Assembly: GCA_046563655.1 (NCBI GenBank)
Contig: CM102284.1
Location: forward strand, 3,596,001 to 3,660,000
DNA length: 64,000 bases
Reading direction: 5' to 3'
Source of the DNA: Yuukianura sp. NJ FZ-2021
Lineage: Eukaryota
Positions 46,613 to 61,100 of the stretch are shown in pieces. The notes beneath the pieces are model-generated. The model saw nothing but the letters and a program-made list of their open reading frames with translations. It was not told where the DNA came from and did not search any database. Position numbers and translations under genes: made by a program. The number at the start of each line of letters is the position of its first letter. Position 1 is the stretch's first letter.

Positions 46613-47132
46613 TTTTAATTCTTGGTCTTGGTACCTCCAGTCTTGGTTTCACTTCGAGTGTTTAACAGGGACAAAACTAATTGACAACTAAAATTAGCAT
46701 TGGCCAATCGTCAATGTTTTCGGGACGATTTATGAATTGGGATTTGGGATTACCTGCGTCCTGGTTTCTCAATAAAACAATCAAATCTAATTGATACAAA
46801 TTTAATTAACACCTTGTTTTCAAATTCTCCATTACACTTTACAAATTGAAAAGAGAAAAGTAAAAGCAAATTGAAATTTTGAAATTCAACTTTCCAATTT
46901 GTTTGTTTCCGAATCCAAAATTTTGGCGCCTCACTTCCTAATATCATCTCATCTGTAGCGTTTTCGACTTTGAAGATGGTAAGAACCAAGACTCAACTTG
47001 CATGCAGAATTGCACTAGTACTTTAATTTTTTTCAAAACATTTTAAGTCGAACATTGCAAATGAAAAATGGAACTTGGAAATTGGAATGACATATTATTT
47101 AAGAACTTATCTATATAATTGGTTTCACAATT

Positions 47133-48449
47133 TTAGAGAGCAGAAACTTGGTAGTCACGTTGAATGATGGTGAGGTAGTTTGGGGAAATCGGGGGTTCGA
47201 TTCTGGGTTCCAGGAAGTTCTTTGTCGTCGGAGTTCCACTGACGGCTGTAGTAGTTGCAGTAGGTTCTGCCGCAGTATGACTTCCAGGAACTGTTCCAGT
47301 AGTTGGTGATGGAGAAATGGCCAAAAGACGTACATTGGATCCACCACCACCACTGACCTCTCCGTTCTTCGTCTGCAGTAGTACTGGTCGGTACAACGAG
47401 CAGCGACCGGGTAGTTTCAGCAGTATCGCATCCAATATTCTCAGAACAGCATTTCTCACCTATAATCAACACACAATTTCAAGTCTTTTGTCATTCTTTA
47501 ATCTAAGAAACATAAAATAGTCCTAACAAATCCCAAGCAAAAAGTAAAGCGACTTGGAAGAACTGACCTCGGATGACCTGTAGGCGTACAACCAAGGATT
47601 GAGCATAATGCTCAGCCCAATTGGAGCGATGGCCAATATCCTCCGGTGACCTTGACTCAGAACTTCAGTTTCATGGAGAATGTCAATCGCTGACAAGATG
47701 TAAAGTGGACCCCATAGCAGTATGTCACCAATGAGCAGTGCCAAGGTCAATCCGTACCGATGATGATGACTTCCAGATACAGATGTGACAACTGTTTGGG
47801 GCAAGTGACCTATGTCATGCAGAGAGATTTCGACGGAGATGATTTGTTTGGCATGGTTTCTGGCGATGACGTAAATGTAACAATAGCTTCCAAGAACTAC
47901 TGTTAGACAAGGAAGGTACACGAGGACGCAGGCGTAGAAGATCAGCGTTTCTTGATTGATGTCTTGGAAAAACTTAATTGGAATGATGAATACAGCGCAG
48001 AGGTAACTCCAGCACAAAACTAAGAATCGCTGGACATGGGTTACTGTCACAAAGTGATTGTATCTTAGAGGGAGGGATACTGACAGGAAACGATCCAGCG
48101 CAATCGCTGCAAGCGATACGAGTGACATCGAAGACAGGACTAGCAACGCTGTTAATTGTAAGCAGTACAGCGTGTTTTCGCAAATTTCACCCTCGGCCTC
48201 AAAAGTTGAATTGAGCGTAGTATTTTCGAATGCGAGTTGATTGACCTGTGACCTCAGGTCAACCGCAATGGCACAGGGTCCAAGCAGTCCAAGTCCAAGG
48301 TCACAAGCCGACAGAGACACAATGAGCATGTTCGACGGTGTTCTTAAACGCTTAAATCGAATCCAACCACACAGAATCAAAGTGTGACTAAAAACAATCA
48401 CTGGACTGACGAGAATCAGCGCCGTACCTATCGTCGATTCCAGCGTCAT
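47133..48449 (-). CDS. Orphan rhodopsin-like (class A) GPCR, approx. 402 aa, MECA/GPR119-like
   Basis: Exons 48449-47568 and 47459-47133. Seven hydrophobic segments, with LRTPSNMLIVSLSACD, IALDRFLSVSLPLRY, WGP and NPWLYAYRS. Confidence 0.88.
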
Positions 48450-50829
48450 TTTCTACAAGTTTTTGTTGTTTTCAAAAACTTCTGGAAATGAAATCAAAGT
48501 CAAGTGGATTTAACAGAGCTTCTGCGAGTCTCAACTGAAACTGTTTTCACCAAAGTGAAAGTTCTGAAGATCAAAGTCCCCCACACACCGTTTCAGCCCG
48601 TATTTCCACAAAACAAGATCTGCAGAAGACTTCTTGAACTTAAGTTGATTAGAAGAAAAGTTTTTGGTAAATTAGGACAATATAGTTTATTTTTTGGCAA
48701 CTGCAAAGTCTCGAGAGGCCGTTGCGGGAGAAAAAGGCTGGCGACTGACGCAGATCTCCTTGAGATGTGTCAGAGAAAAGAAGATTTTTGGAGCTAAAAA
48801 GCGTCTCCTTCCGCTTCTTCTACAAAAAGCTCTCCTTTCTCATGACATGTTCAACTCTGCTTTTCTCGTTCTTGTTCTGAACAGCTTTGTAGAGTGGGGG
48901 GTGTTTTTTTAAAAGAAGTGAAAGTAGTTAGATTGAACCTGTTCGATGAGATCTTTACACGTGTAGTGAACAGTAGGGGTAAAAGCCAAGTAATTCCAGA
49001 AAGTGAGCAAATCAAATCAACTGGAGGAGCTTTTTTCACTTCCAAGCCCTTCGTCTTGAATGGAGACTTAAGAAGCTCGAGGGGGGAGCACTTAGAATTC
49101 GGCAAAACAGAAATTGCTTTACCTTTGATGCAAAAGTGTCTCTAATAACTTAAAAGGAACTTTGCACAAGTTGGAACTTTCCCTGTATGATGCTGAAAAG
49201 ATCAATAAGTCCCGCAAGGAAATTCGAATAGTTTCTTCAAAGGAGAAAATTTTAATGGCAAGACTTTTCGCGCACAAGCATCTCAAGTTTTACATTTTAG
49301 ACAGTTTTTTACAGTTAGCTGAACAGAAAAACTAAGGTTTACTTTGACCTAACACCTTTAGCTTCTTTCTAGTTTCTCTTTTGGTAACTTTAAACTTCGA
49401 TAAGGAGAAAGTTAAAACATCAAAGAGAAATGACTTCGAAATCGTTACAGAGACTGTCAGGGCTTTGCGCATAACCTGTAGCGCTTGATCTTGAGCTTAT
49501 TAGTCTTGAGCAGGTAAGCGGAAACGAAATCCAAAATAATTGACACAAAACTTGCAAGTATGGCGTGTTTTTGAATAAAATTGCAAGATTTCAAGCTCTT
49601 ATCCAACTTGTCACCCTGGATATGAAGAAAATTTCAAAGTGAAAAAAAAAAAGTCGCCCTAGCTTTCTTATGCTTAAGATGATGCCAGTGTCATCATGGT
49701 CAGTTCAACTTTTTAAAATTGTTCGTTTTTCTTTCGGAATACACACCATGCGAAAGAATTTTGAAATTATCATCATTCGAAACCCAAAGAATTAGGTTGT
49801 TGGAATTTAAGCAGTGTAAATTTGTAGTGGGTATTTTGTATGAAAATGTAAAATTCTTTCCTGGATTTAAAAAAAAGTGGAGAGAAGATAAAAAAAAAGA
49901 AGAATTACGAAGAGAGAAGTTAAAAAATACGGAAATTCGAGAGATGTGGGATTAAGATAGGAGTTTGAGACTAAAATTTAATCAAAGTAACCGTAATAAG
50001 CAGCTAGTAAAAGTGAAATGTGGAAATGTGAAATGGGGAAAGTAGTAATTTTATGTTGAGTTTTGCAACAATAAAGTCATATCGTTACGTGAGAACTAAA
50101 GAAGCCTTTCGTGCTTACAATTTCCCACGAAATTAATAATCCTCCTTCAAATCCCTGGTTTTTACAAAAGAAAAATGCTTTCGTTCTGTACGTGACTTTC
50201 ACTCGTGTGTAAGGGATCCCTCCGCACTTGGCGTCAACATTTTCACTTTCACTTTCTTCCACTATTCTTCTGCAACCGGATTTAGACACGATGGAATTTA
50301 GTCAACGAAAGCCAAAATCAACATCTTCATTTCATTTTGAAATTCATTTCTGGTTATACTCTGAGCATTTTGGATGAACAACTAATATCAGAGGTCCTTC
50401 AATCGCTGCTCTGAATCACAACCACGCTCAGAGTTAATTGAATTAACAGAACGAAATTTTGATTTCGAATTTCGAAATTTCAATTTCATAGAAGTATTTA
50501 CCTTATGTTTTTCTTTGTTATGAAGATGAAAGGATGCAATCACACCAAAATTGAGTTGATTTGTAATTCATTTCTGATGTTGTATCAAATTCCAACAGGA
50601 ATTACGTTTTCAATTCAAAGATTTTGTGGCCTCTGATTTCATTAAAGCGGAAAACATATAAGGAGAAGGACATAAGAGTCATTCTGGAGCCGTTGCAAGT
50701 CAGTTTTTTAGTGTTGATTTGATCAAATAAAGTCAATAAGTGGAACAGGGAGGTCACAAGGTCACACCAAGGTTTAAGAGCATTGCGTTACACATTGAAA
50801 CACAATTTTCAGTTTACTGAGTACCGGAA

Positions 50830-51556
50830 ATGGATCAATCGTCAGCGTACTTGCAACAGGACGAAACAATTAACTTGCTAAGGAGTTTGGGCTTGGGCGA
50901 AGAAGAAGTTATTTACGAATCTCGACGGAAACGACAACGAATCGGGCGCAGTCCACCGCATCCCCGTGGAATCATTCCGCCATTGCCAACAGTAGATGTC
51001 GCTCCTGTCCAAGGGACACAGCGACAAGCAGAACATTCACTGCTCAGAACTTCAGGACGGGAAGCTCCAGGGACTTCTGCTTCTGGACGCATGTCACTGG
51101 AAAGGATTCGATCATCTCTCTACGAGTCCATGAACGAGGTCAGTTCAGGTCACACTCTTTCTCCAAGTTCACGCTAACTGATTCGATTTACTAATAGTAT
51201 TTGAGCCTCAAATTTTGTAGTTGGAGACTGTCGTCAAGAAAATCCGGAACTTGACACGGATGCTGGAGGGAGAATCAAACCAAGATAATCGCCAAGGGAG
51301 AAATTTTCCAGTGATCCAGCAAAAACTGCAAGAACTTAACAGCTTACTGTCTGCCGAGCTGGGACACTCCAGTCGTCGTGGAAAGCGAGTTGACAGTGAC
51401 ACAATTCCAGGCACATCGAGTGCATCCTTGACACGGCGACCGCAGAACGACACTCTGTTCAACTCCATCAGTCACCACGATAAGCGGAAACGATCTCGCA
51501 CAGTGATTTCCTTGAGGAAAACTTCTGAAACGATGGACATTGACATGGATCCTTAA
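50830..51556 (+). CDS. Orphan two-exon protein (214 aa), basic NLS-like motifs
   Basis: Exons 50830-51138 and 51221-51556 join in phase 0 (GAG|GTCAGT...TTGTAG|TTG). TATA-like CATATAAG near 50656; RRKRQR and KRKR motifs. Confidence 0.65.
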
Positions 51557-54500
51557 CAATCAACTTATTGACATGAACTATGAACCCTAAAAGAATCGGC
51601 TGATTTGTTCCTGCATTGTGCAAAAATCAACGCCGACCACAATTTTCGCGAATTATTGCTTAGCAATTGCTCTGTTCAAAAGATGACTGTAAGTGGTTAA
51701 TAAGTGTTATAAGTGGACAGATGAGTATTCATCATCAGCACTTTGACTTTTTTGATTCCTATTTAGTAAAGTCGAATTACTTTCACTTTTTTTTGCTTTC
51801 TTTGCAAAATTCAAAAAATTGAAACTCAAAATGCAGAATTTTATATGTAGGACATAGTAGTACAAGTAGAATTCTTGAGAAAACTCTTGTCTGGAATTGA
51901 AACCGAAGCGCGGGAAGAACAGAAATTCAATTTGCGTTGTGCCAAGAATTTCTATGCGTACTTACCAAACTACACTACGGACTTTGGCAAATTGTGACTT
52001 CTTTTGTATTAATTAGCATTAGTAATTACAACTAATTAAAGAATAATAAATGTAGATAAATACCATGTATTATAATAGTTTCATTTTGATATTAGTTATA
52101 AATCAGTAGATGATTCAGATTAATTTTAGACTGGAATGCCCAGCCGTGCATAACAGATTCCTGTGTGTCAGAGAAGGCATTAGAGTTTCCACAAAAACAG
52201 ATGATTTGAATTTCAATTACAAAATAACAAACGTTTGTGGAGTTTCGCAAATTACAAAGTTTGTTCTTGCTTTATTTGGATCTTGGATGATTTATTGCAA
52301 CAGAGAAGAGTTTGGTAAGGACACGAAGTTAAAAATTGACCTCTTCTAATAAGCACTTGACACGGACATAAAAGAAAAGTAAGGGGAAAAAAATAAAATT
52401 AAAAAATTATTTCCTATTTTGGGTTTAATTTAATGATATTATGAATTATTGCAGAATTGGGGTTACTGAAAATTTCGTTTACTGTGGAGGCTTCCATTGA
52501 TGTCGTTGTCGTCAGTTTTATTGCTTGGTGACCTTCCATGTCAGCGATGATGAATGATAAAGAACTACACTTTGCAAACAGCGAATCGTAAAAGGTACAT
52601 TCTTCAGTTTCAAGGAATGCGGGCATTGAAGCCTTTTACAACTAAGTATAACCTAAGTAATTAGCAATTTGTAAGCCGGGTTCAGCTGAGAACTTAAAGT
52701 TTTTCGCAATTTTAGACTATTTGTTCTTGATTCGCGTAAAACAGTTTATTTTTTGTCCGTAGATTCCTGTGCAGGAGAATTCGCTTCTTCCGAGGAGACT
52801 TCAAACAGAAGAATCCATTTACGCCGCAGACTAATAACTTCGTTGAACTGTGCGTAATCTGTGAAGAATTCCTAAGGTACGTCAAATGGATTGGCCAATT
52901 CCTGAATTGAACTATCGAAATCGAAACCAAAAGTCACATTATGCAATGCCCCAAATGTGATTTGAAAAGTTCTGGTTTGAATCTTAAAGTTTATTAGGTT
53001 CCATGTTGAAATGACATTGGTGATTTCTGGATTCTTCCATTATAATTTTTCAAGTCCAACTTTCGTAAAATGTTCTTTTTCGGATCTAGTAGGAAATGAT
53101 GTACGATGGTGCTAACGACGTTGTCAGAGTTTGATTTAGTCATTCAGTCCACATCTCTCTCCAATTTCCATAACGCTAATTGCATCTCGGATTCTAATGT
53201 CTTCCTCGGTGATTATGATCTCACAAGCTCCGAAAACTTTCTTCGGATGTGCCTTTTCTTTACCCCTGGCCCCTCTAATTTTTCTCCGTTCTGCTGCACA
53301 AACTTTTTACATTCCCCATTTCAAGTGACAGAAACAGAAAAGTTCTTCAAAGAAAAGACTATGAAAAATTCTAGTCACTGTACTACACAAGAAACCGCAC
53401 TAAAATTCTGTTCATTGCAAGCATATAGAACAAAGTTGACGTGCTGAAAGTTCTTTTGTGGAATTGACTATTTAGCACATAGTGAAATTCCAAACCTAAA
53501 ATCATTTTAGTTGTACGTGTTTAAATTTAGAACGAAGCTGTCGCCACGAAATCCAACCACTTGCAACATGAATATGCCTATGGCAGCGCTTTTCTGCGAG
53601 ATGTGTTTTATGAAATGTGTCGCTTCTGGTGCTACGGAAATCAAAGTTAGATTGAATGCTTCATTTCACTAAAATGCTGCTTTTGCGTGGTTTTCCCAGT
53701 GTTGCTAATGTGAAAACTTTCCTTCCGAGAGCACGAAACGTTGGCTGCTTTCATTTTGTCTTTGGAAAATAAATAAAATGTAATGGATATAATAATGTTT
53801 CCTCATTTCCCGTCCTTTTGTTCCATGGACCAACAACGGATTAACCTAACTCCTTCCGAAGAAGCGTTGGATGCTGATCCTAGTGACTCTGTCATCCAAA
53901 TATGTAAATAAACTAGGCTTTAAAGCTCCCCGTTTTACCAAAAACTAGTTTCGGTGCAGCCTAACCATCGGAATTTCTGATTTTCTGGATCACTCAACCT
54001 CAAAATTAAATTAATTTAGTTATGCAAGTCCCTTCCCCTTGGGGTCAACGGTACCCAACTCTGTTAGTTCACTTTCACCATCACCACAGGTATTCAAAAT
54101 CAAAGCATTTTCAGGGGTGGGTTTTAAAATTAATAACTTAAAAGTAGCACCTACCCGAACGTTTAACGATTCTTACAAAACAACGTCTTTGCCAAACCCT
54201 AATGACACCTACATGTTCGAAGTTACTTATTATAGTAAAGCCAGGGTACGAAAATTACCGTGGAATTACCGATTTTTTTAAAACTTCCTTACCGTATTAG
54301 GTAACGTAATTTTTATGTAAGATTGGAGGAGGCTTCACCAGCTTAGCTATAGCCGCATATATTTTTCACGTACTAAAGGCGTACTAGAGTCCAAACTTTG
54401 AGTGGATAAACAGTTAGTAACAGGTATTGTAATTTAATTGATTAGCTCAGCAGGTTATTTGTGACTCAAAAAACTTAAAGCTGCTTGCTGACTGAAATAA

Positions 54501-57500
54501 TCAATCCAGTATTGAACTGGTTTTAGTCTTTTCTGAGTCACACTCACAAGTTCCAAAGTTATAAAAATTACATAACTTAAGTTGCATTAGCAGAAACGAG
54601 ACCGCTAGACGTCAAAGGCCTATGTATAGCTTTTCCGGATTTTTTTTTTCGTTTATTAACGTAAGCTACTTTAGATCTTGTCTGGCCGTCGGCTCCAATC
54701 ATCTTGGAAACGCTACTACACTTCCGGTAGTCTTTTTCGCGACGGGGCCTACGACTTTCCGCAGTGTCCTATGTCAAAGGTCAACGCGTCTTTCGCTACT
54801 TATTTGCATTACATTCATCTATTCTCTTATTATTAGTAATTATTAAGTTATTAGTAACCACATTTTCAGTTGACCTAACTTTCTCTTTTCTTTGTTCCGG
54901 TTTTCGATGTTACGTTGACTGAATGGGGTTTTGGTTGAAGTTGAAGACGGATTAGGTGGAGTGGTAATGGGTGTCCTCATGTTGTGGATTTATTTCTTTT
55001 GTGTGTGCCTAATTTAATTGTTCCTCTGAGGCTATTGTGGGGAAAGTGGGTTCAGGCTTAAGAGAAAGTGAGAAATTGAGTAATGAAGGAAAGCACAAAT
55101 GATCATTTTCCTGTTCCTGCTGCTCTGTTAATCGCTTGCGTCTTCTTTCCCTCATTCCTCCCAAGATTAATTTGAGTAGAGGGCTGGCAAGGCTCTTGTT
55201 TGTTCGAAGCCATTTGACGTCTGGGTGTCGCTTATAGTCGCTCCTGTGTTGTACATTAACTGCACTGCCTCCTTTGAATTCTAATTCTGAATTACTTTGT
55301 TACTGAAAGCTGCTCTGAGCCTGATTGTTTTTACGGCTCCGTTCTGACGCCGGTACACTTCAAATTAAAATCGATTTTCACTTTGGTTCGTGTTATTTAT
55401 AGAAACTTGTTTGCTTCTTCATACTTCTTCGCCATCTCCATATGTGAAGTTTCCAATTCGATTATTCGATATTACAGGAATCAATTCAATTCAACGAGAA
55501 TTTGTGGTCGACTTTTTCAGAAAATTAGGACTTCGAAGTTGCTGGAGCGTTTGATTTGGCTCCAGCGCCAGGGTCAGTCAGGCTGTCCGTTTCTCTTAGT
55601 CTGGTTTAAGGTAGACAGTAATCCCAGTTGCAACCGACTTTTCAGTGTCTTGTGGACATTTCGGTCGTCTGCCCGAAAATATTTTCTAGGCATTTCGGTC
55701 TAACACGTTTTAGTCGAAATGATGGAAATTCATTTTATAACCTTAAAGGAGGCGCGGTAGATCTGAAAATTTGGGAGGCGTCGTTAAGTTTTGTACTAAC
55801 GTCGGGTATGCGCCTACAGTGTTGTAAGTACTTGTCGGTCGATCATTTCTGACGTTTCGGACCAAAATTGTGAGAAAAATGGCCGAAAGTGGGAACAGTG
55901 CTTAACCTTGTTATGCTACCGTAACAAAGTTTACAGCCTAAACCAGGGGCCGGCCATGTGCTTGACACATTGTAGTTTTGAGTTTCACTTTTAAAAGTTC
56001 AGGGTTAGCGCTGTAGTGTCATTAAAATATTTTATTTTTGCTGTTCTTTGGACTTGTTTACTTCCTAAAAAGATGTAAACGAAAGATGTACCGGGGGCTA
56101 AAAAAATGGAGTAATTTTTGGTTTTAGGTAAAAAAAAGTGAGTTTGAAGATGAACCTGTTTTCCCCTGATGCTGATGGCGTATAAGGAGTTCTTGAGCCC
56201 ATAAATCCTTCCCTTATTTATTGGATACTCTAGCGTTCAACTTTTTAAAAAACTTGGCTTTTTTTACTTTTCACTATGTGGTTTTTGCTCCGAGTAAAAA
56301 ATTTTAAGAGAGTTTTCCATCTTTTCCTCCGAATTCGAGAAGTTTCCTAAGTGGTGAGATGGAACAAAACCGAGAAATTCGGAAATTGACACACGCTCAA
56401 AATGAATATTTTCAAACTGTTTTTTCTCACAAAAACAGCAAGCAAACAGAAACAGAAAGAAACTTCTTCGTTTTTATAACTTTTAAAAATAGACGCCTTC
56501 GATCTCAAAAATTTCTACTAAAAAGTGGAAGACTCTACAAACAGGAAATAACTTTTTTTTTCGTTCTCATTTTCAACTGAAGATGAAGATGAGTTTTCTA
56601 AATGGAATGAAAATGATGGCTAGAGGCTTTCGAAGAATTGTTGAAAACAAACAGAATTTGAGTCATTTGTGTTTAATGAACTCGGAGGTTCTTCAGAAAG
56701 TGTTGAGAGCTTGGCACGGTGTTTTAGAACGCCTGAGGCTCACTGTGGGTACAACAGCAACCCAAAAGTGTATCTCCAGTTGAACAGTATTTTGGGTTGA
56801 ACGATGAAAACAGTTTTTTTTGTGATCCTCCCACACGGTTTGGAGTGAAGGAAGCTTTGGGGATTGGGTTGTGGTGAGGTTAGGTTCCAGCGCTCCAGCG
56901 ATCTTTGGAAGCGCAAGAGAGCTAACTAAGGAATAAAAGGAAGGATGAACTCCGCTGGTTTCCTGTGAGCATTCAGTTCCAAGTTAGGGCTGGAGTTGAA
57001 AGGACTTTCACTAGCAATAGCTCTCCGCTGGCTCTCCTTTTGTTCTATTTGAACAAAAGCTTTAAGCGCTCAAAGTTTTTTAACTGTAAACCGCTGAAAC
57101 GTGAGCAGGAAACGGTTTCCGTTTGGGCTGGATTCAAAAAAGTTGAGGAAGAAAAAACTTTATTCGTGTGGTTTTAGTTTTTGTAAAGATTTTTGGTTTC
57201 TTTAAAAAAAAACGAGAACACGATCTCATTATTTTGATTATTTTGTACTTGTTTTTTGTAGGCTGCCGCTGCCAAAGTTGAAACTCCTTCCTGTTTGAAT
57301 AACAAAACAAGCGAACACCTCTTGAGTGGAAGTTGCGGAGTATGCGATGTCGTTAATGGGATTATTGGGAACACGCGGAGAGAAAGCTGTTGGTGAAGGC
57401 GGAAGTGAAAGTTTCGTCTGCTTTGTAAGTTTTTCTTTTGGAGGAGAAAGTTATTGACGCTCAGGCTGGTGCTGCTGGGGAGCTCTTATTAATAATTTCC

Positions 57501-58109
57501 TTTCCTATTTAAATTCCAGGTCGTTATTGATCCAAACTCAGCGGCAGCAGGAGCGTCAGGCTCAGCGACAGCTACTTTCCTTAGCAGAGAGACTGGAGAA
57601 GACACTTTTGAAAACCACGACGACACTTTGTAATCCCTTGGTGTAAATAGAGATTAACCTCGGCAAAAGGCTACTTGGAACGGGCCCCACTTACTCGTCC
57701 ATTCACAACTCTGGAACCTTTAAGTGAAAAAATGAACATCATTTGTCATTCTTCTCCAGTTCCCTTCCAGTACTACTTTCTACATAATTTATGACCTGAC
57801 AAGTGAAACTTGTGCGCAAGATCCAGCAGCAGAAACAAAATGTCGCAAGTAGTTCCAAAGTGATTATATGACGACTTGACCTGTCAAGAAAGGAACACAG
57901 TTATTTGTAACTCTGGATTATTGTGGCTCTTGTCTTAGTCGTTTGCTCCCACGTCCGCTCCAAGTCTCCAGCTCCAGTCGTGTTTCTTGTCAAGAGAAAG
58001 CAATGAAGTGTGTTCTGCTGGAACTGGAATGCCTGTCATTAGCTAGATAAAAGGATTCCAGAGCTTGTAGCCTTGCCCCCTGACACTGGGGGTGCCGAGA
58101 GAAAGCGTC

Positions 58110-61100
58110 ATGTTAGGTTCAGATCATGATTATCTTGTCAAAGAATTTCTTCAGCCGTCAAAATCTTCTTCTTCTGGGAATCGCTTCTCCACGATCTCTG
58201 GAAACATGCTCTTCAAATCATTTTCTACAAAAGGCTGGAACAAGCGATGGGGAGGGTGGTGGACTTGGAAAGGGCGGAGGTTTCACTTGGCCACAGTCAA
58301 GCGATGGCTCCTCATCATCTTTGTGGCGACGATCATTTATGTCACCTACTGCACTTTTAGAACTCCGACACATCATCCAGTGCTCTACGGGTAAGTGAAT
58401 ATCATGACTTTATTATGCTTAGATTTTATGTTTTTGGTGGGTTAATATTAAGCTGGAGTCGTAAAGCATGGAGGTGGGGCGTCAAACATTAATACTTGAG
58501 TTTATGGGCACCGCAGGGAATCAATTAGACATAAGTGGTTAGAGTGATGGGTGAATATTGAATCGATCAATTCACTCTCACTCTCACTCTCCATGCTTGA
58601 ATAAGTGTTTGGAAGTTTTTGAAAAATGGATTACGTCGGAGGGAAGGAGAGAAACGAATGGGGTTTACCGGGATGAAAGTTTCCCGGGTATTATCTCGGG
58701 AATGGCCATATGAAGATTAGGTTTAATGAGGACTCAATTCCCATCCAAATGCTAAAGTCATTTAGAAAACGAGCGGGTAGTCCAGCCTATACTTTGGAAA
58801 GTTAATGGCTAACGATATTCTGGTTTACTCTGAATTTCAGATTAACCCGCACTCACGACCGGCCAACAGTGACCTATCAATGTCCAAGTCTTCCCTCCGA
58901 TTCCAGACCACGACCCGTCGACCATTCCATTCCAACGACCAAAGTTCGAATTGATCCCAAAGTCCTCCTTTTCGTGGAAACTACTTTTTCAAAATTGGGC
59001 AGGGACATTGCAGAGCTCCTCGTCTACATTCGAATGAAGTAAGCAAATTCCCTCATCTCCAAGTCTGTCCAAAATTGGACGTTGCTCATGCCACATTCTA
59101 GAATTGGACAGTTGTAACTGATGTGTTTGTGTGTGACAGGTACAAGGTAGAAGTAGCAGGGAAGTCACTTCCGATCCTGACAAATGGGGACAAGGGTCGG
59201 TTTGGAGTGATAGTTTTTGAAAACTACACCAAGTACCTAGCCATGGACAAATGGAACAAGGAACTACTGGACAAGTACTGTCGGGAGTACCACGTTGGAA
59301 TCCTGGGCTTCATGCCATCAAGAGATGAGACGTATGTGGGTGCCAATCTGAAGAACACTTCCCTCTTCATCGACACTAATGTGAAACTCAAGGTACTAAA
59401 AACCACTTTGCCATTAGCCATTTTCCGTTCTAAAACCTCGTTAGCGCCGTTTCCAGCGTTCTTTGTTCAAGACGAAGAGCTAACTACAGAGCAACCAACC
59501 CAAAATTACGCCAAATGCGCTTGGCTCTATCGCTGGGACACTCAAAATGTCCAAGTAACAAAGGGAACAAAAGTTTAGTAATGACGGTCCAATTGGAAGA
59601 ACATAGAAGAAGGTGGGCGTGTGGGCGAGGGAAAAGAAAAAAATTAATGGAGCTAAACTTGGATTTAAGTTTGAAAGGAACTGGTGCCTGGAAGGAACTG
59701 GAGAAAGTGCTGGAGAGAAAGTAAAGTGAAATTCGAGTGATTTTGATCCTATTTTTTCAATCAGTTTGAGGCTGGCTGGCATTCGTAATCAATTGAGACG
59801 GAAGGAAAGGGCGAGAAAGTTGGTTGAAGTAAGGCAACAGACGGAGGAGGCTTCAAGGTTCAGCTCAAGTTCCCACTTACTGCTCCAGTGCTCACTTTAC
59901 TATATGGTTGGCGTTGTTCTTTTCTGGAAGAGACGGAGTTAAGTAGACAAGTTCGAAAGTAATGGCAAGATTAGCTCCTTTTCGTCTTAAGTGGAACTGA
60001 AGGGCTCGACTTGTGTCAACTTCCTGTCTGACGCGGGTTTTTTCGAATCGCTGAATCCTATTCTCTTCCGATTCGTCCAGAAGTAAAGCAGACGCTGCGT
60101 GGAGTGATATTTTTGTCTCCGTCGTTTGTCATTTCTCGTCATTTTCATTTCTAGACCGATTCATCTTTTATAAGTTCTCCTTGAACTAACGCGATATTTT
60201 TCTTCTAGATCTTGAGATACTGCTGGACGCAGAGTAGCAGCGAACGGAAAGCGTCTTGTAACAACAGAATCAGCGTCTGCTGGTGTAGAAGAACAAGCAA
60301 CGCTTCTCTTGAAGTGTTCGAAGCAAGTGAAACACCGCAGAGACTGACACATTCTGAGAATATAAAAAGTTCCTTTTCCTTGAGAAAGCACGAGGGAAGT
60401 CCTTGTGAGACGCTCCGCTGTTATTTTTGGGTTAGCTTCCGCTTGAAGACGGACTGGAGTGTACTTTGAGCGAACCTGACTTGAAATAATATTACGACAT
60501 CAACTACTGCGTTTCCAGCGTCTTTTACTAGGTTATAGGCAGTTCCGTTTGCAGATTTGAGCAATAGCCATTTCCAGAAATGAGGAGATGATCATCGGAT
60601 TCCAGAATCAGTGGACTTTCTCTTGGTTCTAGACAGAGGATGAGGTCAGCACAAAATGAGGTGGTTAAGGCACTGGGATGTCTTGGACCAAGAGTCCGAT
60701 GTCCGACAATGGACTTTTCGTTGGAATTGGATTTCTCGGAGAGAAAGAGAATAGAATATAAAGGATTCACAGAGATTTGGTGTCAGCTAAGGTTGATAAA
60801 TGGATTTGAGGTTAGCCGCACACGGAACTTTCTCCTTGTCTGCTTTCTAGCGTTATGCTTAAAGGTTGCAGCACGCGAGCCCTACTTCATCTAACCTAAA
60901 AAAAGACTAAAGAGTTGGTTAGGATAGGAGAAAGCAGGAGAAGGTTTAGTTATGTTATAAGTCTAACATTAGGTTATGGTCTAACCTTAGGGAGAGAGAG
61001 ATTTTTGAGACGTGATTATGTGAAATGAGAGCACGGGGAAGGGTTTGTGGTGACACTTTATTAAATAACTAAAGGGGGGAGCATCAGTGATATTTATGAG

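Noticed and set aside
52414..53300. Series of short coding-looking frames on the - strand (possible pseudogene)
   Set aside because: I could not join them into a consistent spliced model or recognise any homology
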